Shown here one piece after another: positions 24,619 to 35,783 of a stretch of 64,000 bases of DNA; positions within the stretch are counted from its first letter, which is position 1, and every line of letters starts with the position of its first letter. The DNA is taken from assembly GCA_030324005.1 (NCBI GenBank), contig JARDVH010000084.1, positions 55,597,894-55,661,893 of the forward strand, read 5' to 3'. Origin of the DNA: Negaprion brevirostris. Taxonomy: Eukaryota. The position numbers and the translations under genes are program-made. The notes beneath the pieces are model-generated. The model was not told where the DNA came from. It was given only the letters and a program-made list of their open reading frames with translations, and ran no database searches.

Positions 24619-25842
24619 CCCTATTTTTAAACATTTAAATTTTTTTGAAATTTTAAGAAAAATTATTTACTCAACCAATGGAAAAGATGTTTTAGTCGCA
24701 TTACGAATTATGAAAAAGTACTCCTGTACTTATTTAGCGATTGCCAACATCTTCAATTCCCTCAGGGCAATGATAATGCACATTATTGACTGTATACAAC
24801 AGAATATTTCACAGAACTTTCAGTGATAGCTAACTCCTCTATTCAATCAAGCTATCAAGATGATAGCTTGGTGGGCAGAATGTCTTTGCACTCTACTGAC
24901 TAAATTTTGGCATTTAATGAGGTCTGCCATAAGTTAAACATGTCCCTAGACTTTCAGCTTAAAAAATGTTGACTACTAAATTGTACAAACTGATATCAAT
25001 ACAGCAACAGAAACAGAGTAATCAACAGTGATGGGACTGAGAAGATGAATTATATTCAATGCCAAATCAAACATAGAAAGGAAAATAAATAAATGGAATG
25101 AAAGGTTGGATTCAAAGAGAGTGAGAATAAAGGGAGAAAGAAAAAGTGAGAAAAAATGTAAAATATAAGGATTAGCATTTTTAAAACCTTTTAATTCACA
25201 TCCTGAAAGAATGAGACTCTATGCTTTGAACAGTTATTTTGTCATGGCAGAGAAGTTGACTGGCAGTTATACATACTTAACACATTGTTAAAACTGTACT
25301 TGAATTTGCAATTCTTTTTAAATTACTAGNNNNNNNNNNTGTTCCCACCATGCAAATACAGCAACTTTACATCATTCAATGCAAGTCAATGGTGAGGTAG
25401 ACACGGCAACTAGAAGAGTAACTCATGGATATTCACATTTGCCACACACATCTGACCTTTGTCTAATATTGCTGTAACATTTATGTGTAATTAATGGCGA
25501 GAGCGATTAGCGTCAGCAGTCTTTTGATGGCAAAATCTGGCCCTACAAATTAGGCAACTGTATTTGAATGAGTGAGCTGAACAACAGCAGATTACCTTTA
25601 ATGTAGACAAGTGCACATAGGGAAGAAAATGGGAAAATTGTTTACTCTATCACTGTGGTCTGTAAATAACTAAAGAAGAAGTCGAAATAAACCTCACGGG
25701 CTTTGTAGAGACAATGCTTAAAATGTTCCATGACTGCAAAGTCAGCAAAAAATAAAGCCAATAGAATGTTGAAATGCATAACAAACATTAGATTGTAAGT
25801 TGGAAGAAGTTGCACACAAATTGTAGTGTTGTGGTCAGACTG

Positions 25843-26632
25843 TACAGCAAGTCTCCACTTAACATTGTAGTTGTGTTCCTAAAAGCACAACATGAAGTGA
25901 AACCACATTAAGCTAAACAGATTTTCCCATTACAACCAAGAAAAAAAACTATAGTTAGGTTCTACTGGACTTTTTCCTCAGAAAAAAAATTAAAACATTA
26001 AACATCACAAGTTGAAATATAATTATTGCTAAAATTCCTGTAATATAATTGTGAATTGAATAACTTAAAATAAAATAAATTCAAAAGTGTAAGAAATATG
26101 CCAACTCTTCGTTCTTATCTCCCATATGCTATCTCTTTTGCTTCTCGTCATCCTACGCCACTTTACACCTCTCTCACTCCTCGCTGATCAAACTCATTGA
26201 ACCTTCTGCTCCCCAACCCACCCTGCTGGGTGATCCTCATGGTTGCTGACTGACCCACTCGTCAGCCAATCCACTTAGTTGCTGGCTGGTCTGCCCCCTC
26301 TCCACTTCCCTCTTCCATCCGGGGACTCAGGCGTTGAGCAGTGAAAAGCAGCTTTAGCAGGAAGAGCAGCTTTAAGTTGCAAGGTCATGAAAATAGATTG
26401 CGAGAAAGGTTAGCCAGCAATCAGGAGGATTGGCTAGCAACTAGGAAGGTCTGTGAGAGGGAGGGTCAGCCACTGACTGGGAGGATAGGAGCATCAGGGA
26501 GGGTCGGCCAGTAACTGTGATAAGTAGGGACTTGGAGAGTTAGTGAGATCTCAAGCAGAGAGCCGTTGGACATTCAGCACTTACTTCCTCACTCGCTGGA
26601 GTGCCCAAATCAGACTTTGGAGGAGCAGGTCT
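25843..26632. mobile_element. Tc1/mariner (Tigger-like) non-autonomous element inserted in a CR1 relic
   Basis: TA|CAGCAAGTCTCCACTTAAC terminus interrupts CR1-like sequence (25540-25842); related ends at ~23273 and ~23688. Confidence 0.45.
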
Positions 26633-27127
26633 NNNNNNNNNNNNNNNNNNNNNNNNNNNNNNNNNNNNNNNNNNNNNNNNNNNNNNNNNNNNNNNNNNNN
26701 NNNNNNNNNNNNNNNNNNNNNNNNNNNNNNNNTGAGGAGCATGTCTGTTTCGTGCCGAATCTGGAAGGGCGAATGTGGTGGTAAGAGGGAAGTGCCGGTA
26801 AGGTTGGGCATGCAGCCCATTAAGTCCATTTAAATGCATTTAAATGGCCATTGCTCCCGTTTCAGGTGCGGTCCCGATTGTGGCCATTTTCAGGCTTTGG
26901 TAAAGAGAGAACCAATGCAGAGGCGGGTGCAAATTGCGTTACTCACCTCACCCCCGACTTTATCAAATTTTCACGTCCAAAAATGGGTGCAACGTGATGG
27001 TAAAATCGGGCCCATTATCTATATAGTAATCTCACATAACTCAAAAAAAAACTTTCCCAATTAATTGAATCTTCTTTCAGTGGAATAGTGTTGCTTTACA
27101 AAAGTTCCTGTTGTATACTCCAAAGTT

Positions 27128-27440
27128 AGGGCAGCATGGTAGCAGAGTGGTTAGCATTGCTGCTTCACAGCCTCAGGGATCCAGGTTCAAATCCCAGCTT
27201 GGGTCACAGTCTGTGTGAAGTTTGCACATTCTCCCCATGTCTGTGTGGGTTTCCCCCCTGTGTCTGCATGGGTTTCCTCCTACTGTCCAGAGATGTGCGG
27301 GTTAGGTTGATTGGCCGTGCTAAATTGTCAGGGACTAGCACGATAAATGTGTGGGGCTACGGGCATGGGGGCTGGGTGGGATTGTGTCAGTGCAGACTTG
27401 ATGGGCCCAATGATCTCCTTCATCATAGGGATTCTATGAT
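27128..27440 (+). mobile_element. HE1 SINE (CR1 tail)
   Basis: GGGCAGCATGGTAGCAGAGTGGTTAGCA...GGTTCAAATCCC head; GGGATTCTATGAT tail. Confidence 0.9.
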
Positions 27441-27574
27441 TATAATGTGCTTTTATCAATTTCTTGCCAAGAAAAATAGGGAATTGGAACTGCATGCATG
27501 CTAAATAACTTTAATATTCACAATTAAAAATAAGTATGAAAAGTCCGTAGGGCCAAGGGATCTTTTAAAAGTAA

Positions 27575-27762
27575 CAAGAATGCAGATGCTGGAATCTGAA
27601 ACAAAAACAGAGGATGCTGGAAAAACTCAGTAAGTCTACCAGCATCTATCAGGAGAGAAACAGAGTGACATTTCTAGTCATGCTGACTCGAAGCATTAAC
27701 TCAGTTTCTCTCCTGATAGAAACTGGCAGATCTGTTGATTTTTCGAGCATCCTTTATTCTTG
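27575..27762. repeat. Palindromic (fold-back) repeat with ~70-bp arms
   Basis: 27611-27680 is the imperfect reverse complement of 27684-27753, including a perfect 17-bp TCTATCAGGAGAGAAAC match. Confidence 0.85.
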
Positions 27763-28061
27763 GGTCTTTTAAAATATTGTTTAACCCTAACTGTATTCAT
27801 TTAAGTGCCAGTGTCAGACTGGAGCATTGTGAGATGGCCTCCTGTCCAAATCACATTGCTTGCAGATAGAATTCAAGAAAATTATGACATGTATTTTACA
27901 GAACCAAAATCACTTCATATTGACGCAGGAAAAGCAGCATGACAACAGCACAATAAATGAAACTCATCTATGTTACACATGCAAGATTTTGTTACATTTT
28001 GGGATTCTCTCTAATTTAGGGTAAAATGCAAAAATTGATCACGTGACCTATTCAAAATTTT

Positions 28062-28380
28062 CATAGAAATCCTACAGCACAGAAAGAGGCCATTCAGCTC
28101 ATCGAGTCTGCACCAACCACAATTCCACCCAGGCCCTACCCCCATATCCCTACATATTTACCCACTAATCCCTCTAACCTATGCATCTCAGGCCATTAAG
28201 GGCAATTTTAGCATGGCCAATCAATTTAACCTGCACATCTTTGGACTGTGGGAGGAAACCCACACAGACACAAGGAGAATGTGCAAATTCCACACAGACA
28301 GTCACCCAAGCTGGAAATCGAACCCAAGTCCCTGGAGCTGTGAAGCAGCAGTGCTAACCACTGTGCTACCGTGCTGACCC
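28062..28380 (-). mobile_element. HE1 SINE (CR1 tail)
   Basis: Homologous to 821-1134 along its length. Confidence 0.9.
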
Positions 28381-29900
28381 TTGATTTTGCTATCAAATCA
28401 GGTAAAAGTTGTTAAAGATTAAAGGGAGGCCTGCAAACAATGGCAAAAGCATTTCATACCTGCAGACAATGGCAAAAGCATTTCTTTTGATGGTGGATAG
28501 ACCATTTAGGTCTAGATTTTTGCGGAATGATGCAGACTTTGCAAAACGGGGACTTAAATAATTTGATAGCTTTACAATATCACCAACCTTGTATTCCTTT
28601 CATGAACTTCTCTATTGACTCTAAAAAAAATCATAATTGGAAACTGCGCTCCAGCAAAAATTAGTCTGTTTGAATTCAGCACTGGAAATTCCAGCCCCAT
28701 TTCTGACAGATCCTATTTTCACCCAGTAGGGAAACAGTGGAAATGTGACTCACACATGGGGGAAATCCAAACGCAATAGGGCCATTTGAACTCAGTGCTA
28801 AGTTCAAACAGACCAACTTTCACTGGAGCGCGGTGTGTAATTTATGATTTTTAGAGTAGATGTAAATGCTTGCAAAAGGAATCAAAGGTTGGTGGTACTC
28901 TAAAGCTATCATGTCTTTTAAATCCCTGTGCTTTAACATTTCCAAAAAAGCATGCCTGTGTCACTGAGTTGTAAAATATCATTGCTTACAGTTTCAAATA
29001 TATTTGTTGACATAACCCGAAGGATCATATTACTGCTTGACTAATTCCACAATCCATCATTATCACAGTGGTGAGTGTGTAGGGAGGGAGTGCTAGCGAT
29101 CCATTGCTTGATTGACAGATTCAAGAGATTATTGAGAGATCAGCTGTCTTTGATGTGGGGTTATGAATCAATTATTTGTTTTAAGTGAGATTAAGTACTT
29201 AGCAGATTTAAATCTTGAATGGTTTTTATTAATTTTTTTAAAAAAATAATGAAGTCTGCAATAGATGCTCAGAACTTTATTTTTTCTACCTCAGCATGGT
29301 TTCTGAGATCTACCTATGATAGATACTGAATGAGTTGTCATGGAGGTGTAAAAGCAAAAAATGATGGGTGGGCAAGTCATGTGGTTATGAGTTAGCACTA
29401 GGTGGGCAAGAGAACCACAATGGTCAATGGGAATGAATGGGGGGGTCTTGTGTGGGCATGCTGTTCGCAGTTGCACTATATGGAGCTATGCGATGAGTGG
29501 GGAACATTGGTTGGCATGGAGGTTATGAAATTTTATTGGGATTGGGTGGGCACATGGGCCAGCATGAGTTGGCATGGACAGGGCACATTGGGGGTTGAAA
29601 GCTAGAGGGCCTAACATTGAAAACAAAACTGGGACAAAGAACCAAGGCAGGTGTTTTAAACAGACAGCCTCAGTAATTGGTAGCCCCTGTGGCTGCTTCT
29701 CAATGTTTTATGGAGGTGGTGGGCCTAACTGCAGCACGTACCTGTTCTCCACCTCCTCCCTCTCCCCCCAAAACAAAGTTATTTGAGACACGTTCTCCTG
29801 AGGCGGATGTGATAAGCTGGGAAGTTTCCAACTCTCCATGCCTGCCTTAGGAGCAAAATTCCAAGCCTTAGTCTCCAAAGCCTCAGAAAGGTAATAGGAA

Positions 29901-30593
29901 TGTCAGGTTTTGTAAATGGTTATACTTTAAACTATCTATTTAATTTCAAGGTAGAACTGGGATTCTAAAAGATAGCTAGTTAGCATGTCTACCTGAAGAC
30001 AAGGCCAAGTAACTCGTGTTGCTTATGGAGAAAGGCTTTGAAAGGGGGACGGGTCCACAGGAGGTCAGTGCAGGATCAGGTCACAGGGTATTTTCTTAAA
30101 AAAATGAATATCTAAGTCTCAGAGAATCCAAGACAGTGAGAAGGAGAGCTGAGATCTAGAGGCAGTAAGTGTCTATATAAGAATACAGGTAGGAGTTCAT
30201 GCTTCGATTGAAGAGATTGAGATATTAAATGGGACTGAAAGATTCTCCTCGCTTTAGCCAGAAGGAGGAATTTCTGGGGTAACGCTCATTGTAAAAGCTG
30301 AGAAGGTTGAGAAAGGTAAAGAAAAAGGAAGCAAGCCCTTGGGAACCAAGACTCACTTTGGACTAATTCTAGAAGAATGGACACAAGGGATGGACATTTT
30401 TGGTTATTTTAAATATTAAATTGGGAATCTTTTCTTTAGAGTATAAGTTAGCAATAGAAGTAGTTTTTGATTAATGTTGCTTTTAGTTTGTGTTATAGTG
30501 AAAGTCTTAAAACTTGAAATTTTGTTGTATGATCCTTTTAGCCATCAACTTTGAACTTTTAAAAAAATATCAATGTCTATGGAGATCGTAACA
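29901..30593. mobile_element. Possible solo LTR
   Basis: TGTCAG...CGTAACA termini and LTR-like composition; no TSD found. Confidence 0.4.
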
Positions 30594-30633
30594 GTCACAA
30601 ACACAGGAATCTATCCTACTCTGGACTGTTTAC

Positions 30634-30804
30634 CTGATAGACTGGCATGCGCAATGAATGAATGGTAGCCATTTTGCCGAGCTGGACTGGGGCAGTGGGA
30701 ATCATCTGCTGAAAGGGAGTTGTGAATAGCTGTGTGCTCCATTGTTCTAAACGAATCACCATACTGGAAGGTGTTCTGCACGGTGTGAAAGCTTCCTTGG
30801 TAAC
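30634..30804 (-). CDS. glis1: GLIS family zinc finger 1, penultimate coding exon
   Basis: Acceptor TTCTTTATTTCCAG|, donor CAG|GTAAAC, 171 nt, phase 1-1: GYQGSFHTVQNTFQYGDSFRTMEH...PARQNGYHSFIAHASLS. This resembles mammalian GLIS1 GYQGSFHSIQSCFPYGDCYR...RPNGYHS (recalled). Confidence 0.92.
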
Positions 30805-31039
30805 CTGGAAATAAAGAATAATTGTAGCANNNNNAAGAATAGTTGTAGCATTATGATCAATTGGCATGCTTATTTCACTCATATCCATAAGGAATCTAAA
30901 TTGAATTTTTTATTTTGCTGTAAATGACATCATCAGTGAGTTATGTTAAGACTATTAAAAAAGGGGACACAGAAGAAGAAAACTAGTAATCCTTGGTCAG
31001 ACAAAGGAAAAATCAGCAGGTTATTTGCTCTTAATCTCT

Positions 31040-34000
31040 ATGGTTTCTCTTCCCTCTCCCACAGTCATCTTTGGAATTCCCCATTGACCTCCTATTATTT
31101 CTCATCTACAAGCTGCCTCTCAGTGATCTCATATTAAAAAAAATTCCACATTCATGTTGATGATGTCCAGCTCCACGTCATCATCATTGCTCTCAGCCAC
31201 TCCACTGATTTATCTCACTGCTTGTTCAACATCTAGTATTACCTGAACAAAAAATATTTCTAATTAAATATTAGGAAGACTATTGTTTTCAGTCTGCCAC
31301 AAACTGTTCCTGAGACCAATGATTGCCAACAGTGTCCTACAGCATAATGGTATGTTTTGAAGGCAGTATGCGGTGAAATATTCAAAAGTCATGTACATAA
31401 ATTAAAACTATCCTTTGTCTTCAGCTCTGTGGCCTGTATCTCCAAGTCTCAATGGTCCTGTGCATATGCCAGCCAAGAAAGGGTCGCACATGGAGGTCTT
31501 TTTGATGTTGATAATCCGAACTGCACATACACTAGCCGAGGAAGGCCCACATGTGCGGTTTAGATTTTCTGTGTTGTCATGCACATGTGCCTGATCAATA
31601 TAAAAAATCTAAACTGCGTAGCCTGTTCCCAACTGGCACATGTGCAAGTGACCTCAGGTTCCTCAAAACTTGGAGATACCAACCACCAAGCTGAAGGACC
31701 CATGCGCCTGCACAAAAAGTGAAAACTCAAAATGGGTACAAAAGTCCTGGAGGAAGAGAGGGAGACAGGGAGAGGTTGAAATAACAGGAGAGAGGACAGG
31801 TAAAGGGAAAAACAAAGTTCCCTGTAAGCGAAGAAGATGGAGAAATGAAACAGGAACCAAAAAAACTAAGAAAAGGAGAAACATGCTCCAATTGGAGAGA
31901 GGGCTGTGTGGAGCAGACCATAAGTGAAGTGGGCTCAGGGAAAGCCATAGTAGATAAAGAGATGTCAAAAGAAGCCTTGAAGATCCTAGAAGGCAACCAT
32001 GGTTAGTAACTTTGTATTGTAAGATTTTGGGGCAAAGACACAACTTTGCAGCAGTAGTGTTCTGCTTCGTATGACCGAAGAGCTGAAATTGTGCCTTTAA
32101 GTTGATGCTAGAGGGCATTTACTGTGTGGTTGACCACAGTATGCCATGGATAAGTTCTTAAAGTGAGGTTATGAAACCACTTCTGATTCAGATGCAGCCA
32201 TAAGAATAGAACCTGAGGAGAAAAAAGTGAGATTCAGACACACAAAGTACAGCGTCAACTACTTGCTCTTTGGGTTTTCATGGACCGGTGATGCTCTTGC
32301 CTTGCCTAGAATGCCTAATTTGCAGGGAGAAGCTCTCAAATGTTACAATGCTACCAAATAAATTGAAATGCCATTTCAATATGAAATACCATTTACTGTA
32401 CAGCAAGAATTGACTTCAGGCACCTGAGAGGACAAAACGTAAAGCAAAATCAAAGCAAGAGAGCAAATACAGGTTTCAGATTATGAAAAGTAGGCAAGTT
32501 ATTTGATGGCTGAGTGCATAGAAAAATCAAAGAGCCACACATCATTGTCTAAACCTTAATTTGCTGGCATGCAAAAGTGTTGAGAGAGTAATATTGGGAG
32601 CTGTTGCTGTCAAAGAAATTGACAAAGTTCCTCTTTCTGATAAGACAATCAAAGGGCGTATTGACAATGTATCAGTTGATATTGAACAGGTGCTTCAGGA
32701 GAAGTTAGAAATGAGTGGAAAATTTCACTCTGCAGATCAATGACATCACAGATTTTTGTGGACATTGCCAGCTGTTAGCCAATGTGAGGTATGTTGATGG
32801 GGGTTCTAACAAAGAGGATTCTTCTTTTGCAAAGAATTGCCTAGTCATGCAACCAGAGGGGGAATTTTGCATGTCACAACTGCTTATGTGGAGAAAATCA
32901 ATCTTATCTGGACCAAGTGCAATAGCATCTGCGCTGATGAAGCAGCTCCCTTGGTGGGAAAGGTCACAAGATTAGTGAAAGAACAGAATCCTGAAATCCA
33001 AGTCAGCCATTGTATCCTGCACCGTGAAGTCTTCAGTGCCAAAAAGAATACTATGTGAGTTAACTACAGTATTAGATCAATCAGTAAAAATCATGAATTA
33101 TGTGAATCACATCCTTTGAAATCACACTTGTTTACTATTTTGTGTGAAGAGATGGGAGCCAAGTTTCAGGGTTTACTCATGCATACAAAAGTGCAATGGC
33201 TGTCTCAGGGAAAGATCCCCTTTCATGTTTGATTCCTTAACATGCTGAAAAAGTTCTTGGCTCAGCATGAATTGCCACACAAAGCCTTAATATGTGATGA
33301 TTCTTGGTGTGCTAAACTTGCACAACTTTTATATCAGACATCTGAATGAGCAGAATGTTAAAATGCAGGGGAAAATGAGAACATTCTGACTGCTACAGAT
33401 AAACATCAAGACTTCAGATCAAAACTGGTCCTTTGGCAGGAAAAATTGGCAAGTGGGTTGATTTGAGATATTCAAGCTGGCATTAGTAAATCCTGCTGGC
33501 AAAACCAACTCAACATCATATCCACACATCTTAAAACACTACAAAAGAAGTTATGCTGCTTTCCCTCCACCAGTATGAAAGACTTTGACTGGCTATGTGA
33601 TCCATTTAGTTCATTTTGTTTTGAATCATCAAAAATATTGTTATTGAAAGAACAAGAGGAATTCACAGAGCTCAGGATGGACCATACATTAAAACTAAAG
33701 TTTCTGGACACATTTTGTATACTTGCGGCAAGAAGATATCCATTTATTTCACTACAGGAACACAACCTTTCTCACAACCTGTCTATGTGAATTGGCATTC
33801 TTAACACTCGCTTATATAAAACAACATAAAAAGAGAGCACCTGTCAGTAGAGCAAGACATGTGAGTTGCCCTGTTATCAGTTCCTCCCCGGATCAAGAGA
33901 GATTGCTGACAGAAGCAGGCCAGGTGTCATATTAACATTGCCAATAAGTTGCTGCTCACAGTATTTCCTTAATTTATGAACTTTCATATTGAGAATTGCA

Positions 34001-34696
34001 GACTTAAAAAAACTGAACACAATTATGGGAAAATAAAAGAAAGGAGGTGTGCTTCAATTTTTATCATAATATAAAGGTGTGCACATATAAAAGGTTGGGA
34101 ACCACTGCCTTAGACACTGACTCATCCTTCTCACTGGTTATTTTCTGACACTGAATCAAACCATTCACAATTTTGGCATCCTATCTGATCTTGTGTTAAG
34201 TTTCCAACCCCATATATCCTCTCCATCACTAAACTGCCTACTTCTACCTCCACTGACCATTACCACCCCTTCCACAGCTCACCTGCTGAAATCCTCATTC
34301 ATGCCTTTTGCGATCTCTAGACTTGACTATTCTAATGTCACAATTTAAAATTCTCAGCCTAAATTTCAATTATTTCCATTACTAACTTGTAAGCAGCCCT
34401 ACATTCCTTCAAGATATCTGCATTCCTGAACTCCTCGGGTTCTAACCTCTCGTGCATCTCCAATTTTCATTGTTCCAGCATTGGCGTCCCTGCCTGTCTA
34501 GAAGCTCTGGAAGTCCCGCTTTAAACCTCTCTCACTTCTCTCTTTTATTAAGGTGCTCCTTAAAACCTATATTTTTAATAAGATTTTGATCACCTGTCTT
34601 ACTATCACTTCATCTCATTATTTTCACAATATTCCTGGGATGTGCCTTGGGATGTTTTACTATTTTAAATGTGCTGATAGATGCAACTTGTTGTTG
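31040..34696 (+). mobile_element. L2 LINE 3' fragment split by a hAT insertion (L2 parts ~31040-31316 and 34108-34696)
   Basis: L2-like FHIHVDDVQL...LNIRKT and SRLDYSN motifs; L2 terminus CCTTGGGATGTTTTACTA...GCAACTTGTTGTTG. Confidence 0.7.
31317..34107 (+). mobile_element. hAT transposon, Buster/Charlie type (ZBED5/SCAND3-like transposase pseudogene ~32146-33935)
   Basis: TIRs CAATGATTGCCAAC and GTTGGGAACCACTG; 8-bp TSD CCTGAGAC/CCTTAGAC. Motifs MDKFLK, VPLSDKTIKGRI, HCILHRE, VQWLSQG, WLCDPF and TTCLCELAF, with many frameshifts. Confidence 0.9.
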
Positions 34697-35783
34697 AATT
34701 TTATCCAGCAACCTCCTCTGAATTCTCAGGTGAAGACATGATCAGGGCTTGATATAACTATTGAACACTTACAATTACTATCTGGGGTCACACATGAAGA
34801 ATAACAACTCAAATGAGATACCTGAGGGCTGTCATCAACCCATGAAATCTTAACATCAGAAGGTCAGGATCTCTGAAGCAGAAGTGGCAATGTGCACATA
34901 AATATGAGACCACACAAAGAACATGTTTATGAATAGTGCATTTTATAAGAATTAAGTACACTGTTATATTTGATAAAAATGCTTGCATAACGGATGAAGG
35001 GAACAACATATGCAGAAACACATTCAACATGGACCACATAAACACCCAGTATGCACTAACAGTTGTGACCACAATCATTTGTTGCATATTGCTGATAGCT
35101 AGATAATGCAATCTTTGAATAGTCACTTGTAATTTAAGATTATCATCCCACATGCCTGCACTGATGCATATTTTTTATGCCATAATTTAATCTTTTCCAT
35201 GTTATTGGACTTTACTTTTAAATTAATTCTTTACACATGAGTAGTCCCATTCGCGAGACCACTAGTAGATAATTACTGGTGGATTAGCTGAAATTCCTTC
35301 AATGTTTCAACAAGCATCGTTTGAATCTTGAATGACAAAACCACGTTTTAATGATATACAACGAAATACCATCAGTAATTAAACTGAACGTAGAAAAGTG
35401 AGCATAAAGACTCAGCCTTTCTTTCTCTCTCTTGCAAACATCAGTAAGGCCTGTCCAATAATACCTTCTTTATTATCTGAGAAACCACTTCTGACTATTG
35501 ATTTCCTGCTGGATAATGGGTAACTTCACTTCCTTTTGTGGTTTATGAACATTTATTTTAATACTCATTCATCTGACATAAACTATTAACTAATCCCGAT
35601 TTCTTAACAGGAAGAATGGGAGCCGAAAGCCATTTTCCATTCTTTTACCCTTCGTGGTTTTAGTATACCTTGGGGGAATTTCACATTAGATGCTTTGAAC
35701 TGTGACCAGGAAAAGGATTTTAAATTAATACAATTAAACAATTGGAAGGTGAAGTAAAACACCCAATAAAATTTTAAGACACT

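Noticed and set aside
27128-27200. tRNA genes at SINE heads
   Set aside because: A/B boxes continue into SINE bodies and no full cloverleaf is present.
30616-30888. ORF-track peptide VTKEAFTPCR... as the exon product
   Set aside because: Wrong phase for the flanking exons; the other frame matches GLIS1.
32146-33935. ZBED5/SCAND3-like host gene
   Set aside because: Multiple stops and frameshifts, with TIRs and TSD present.
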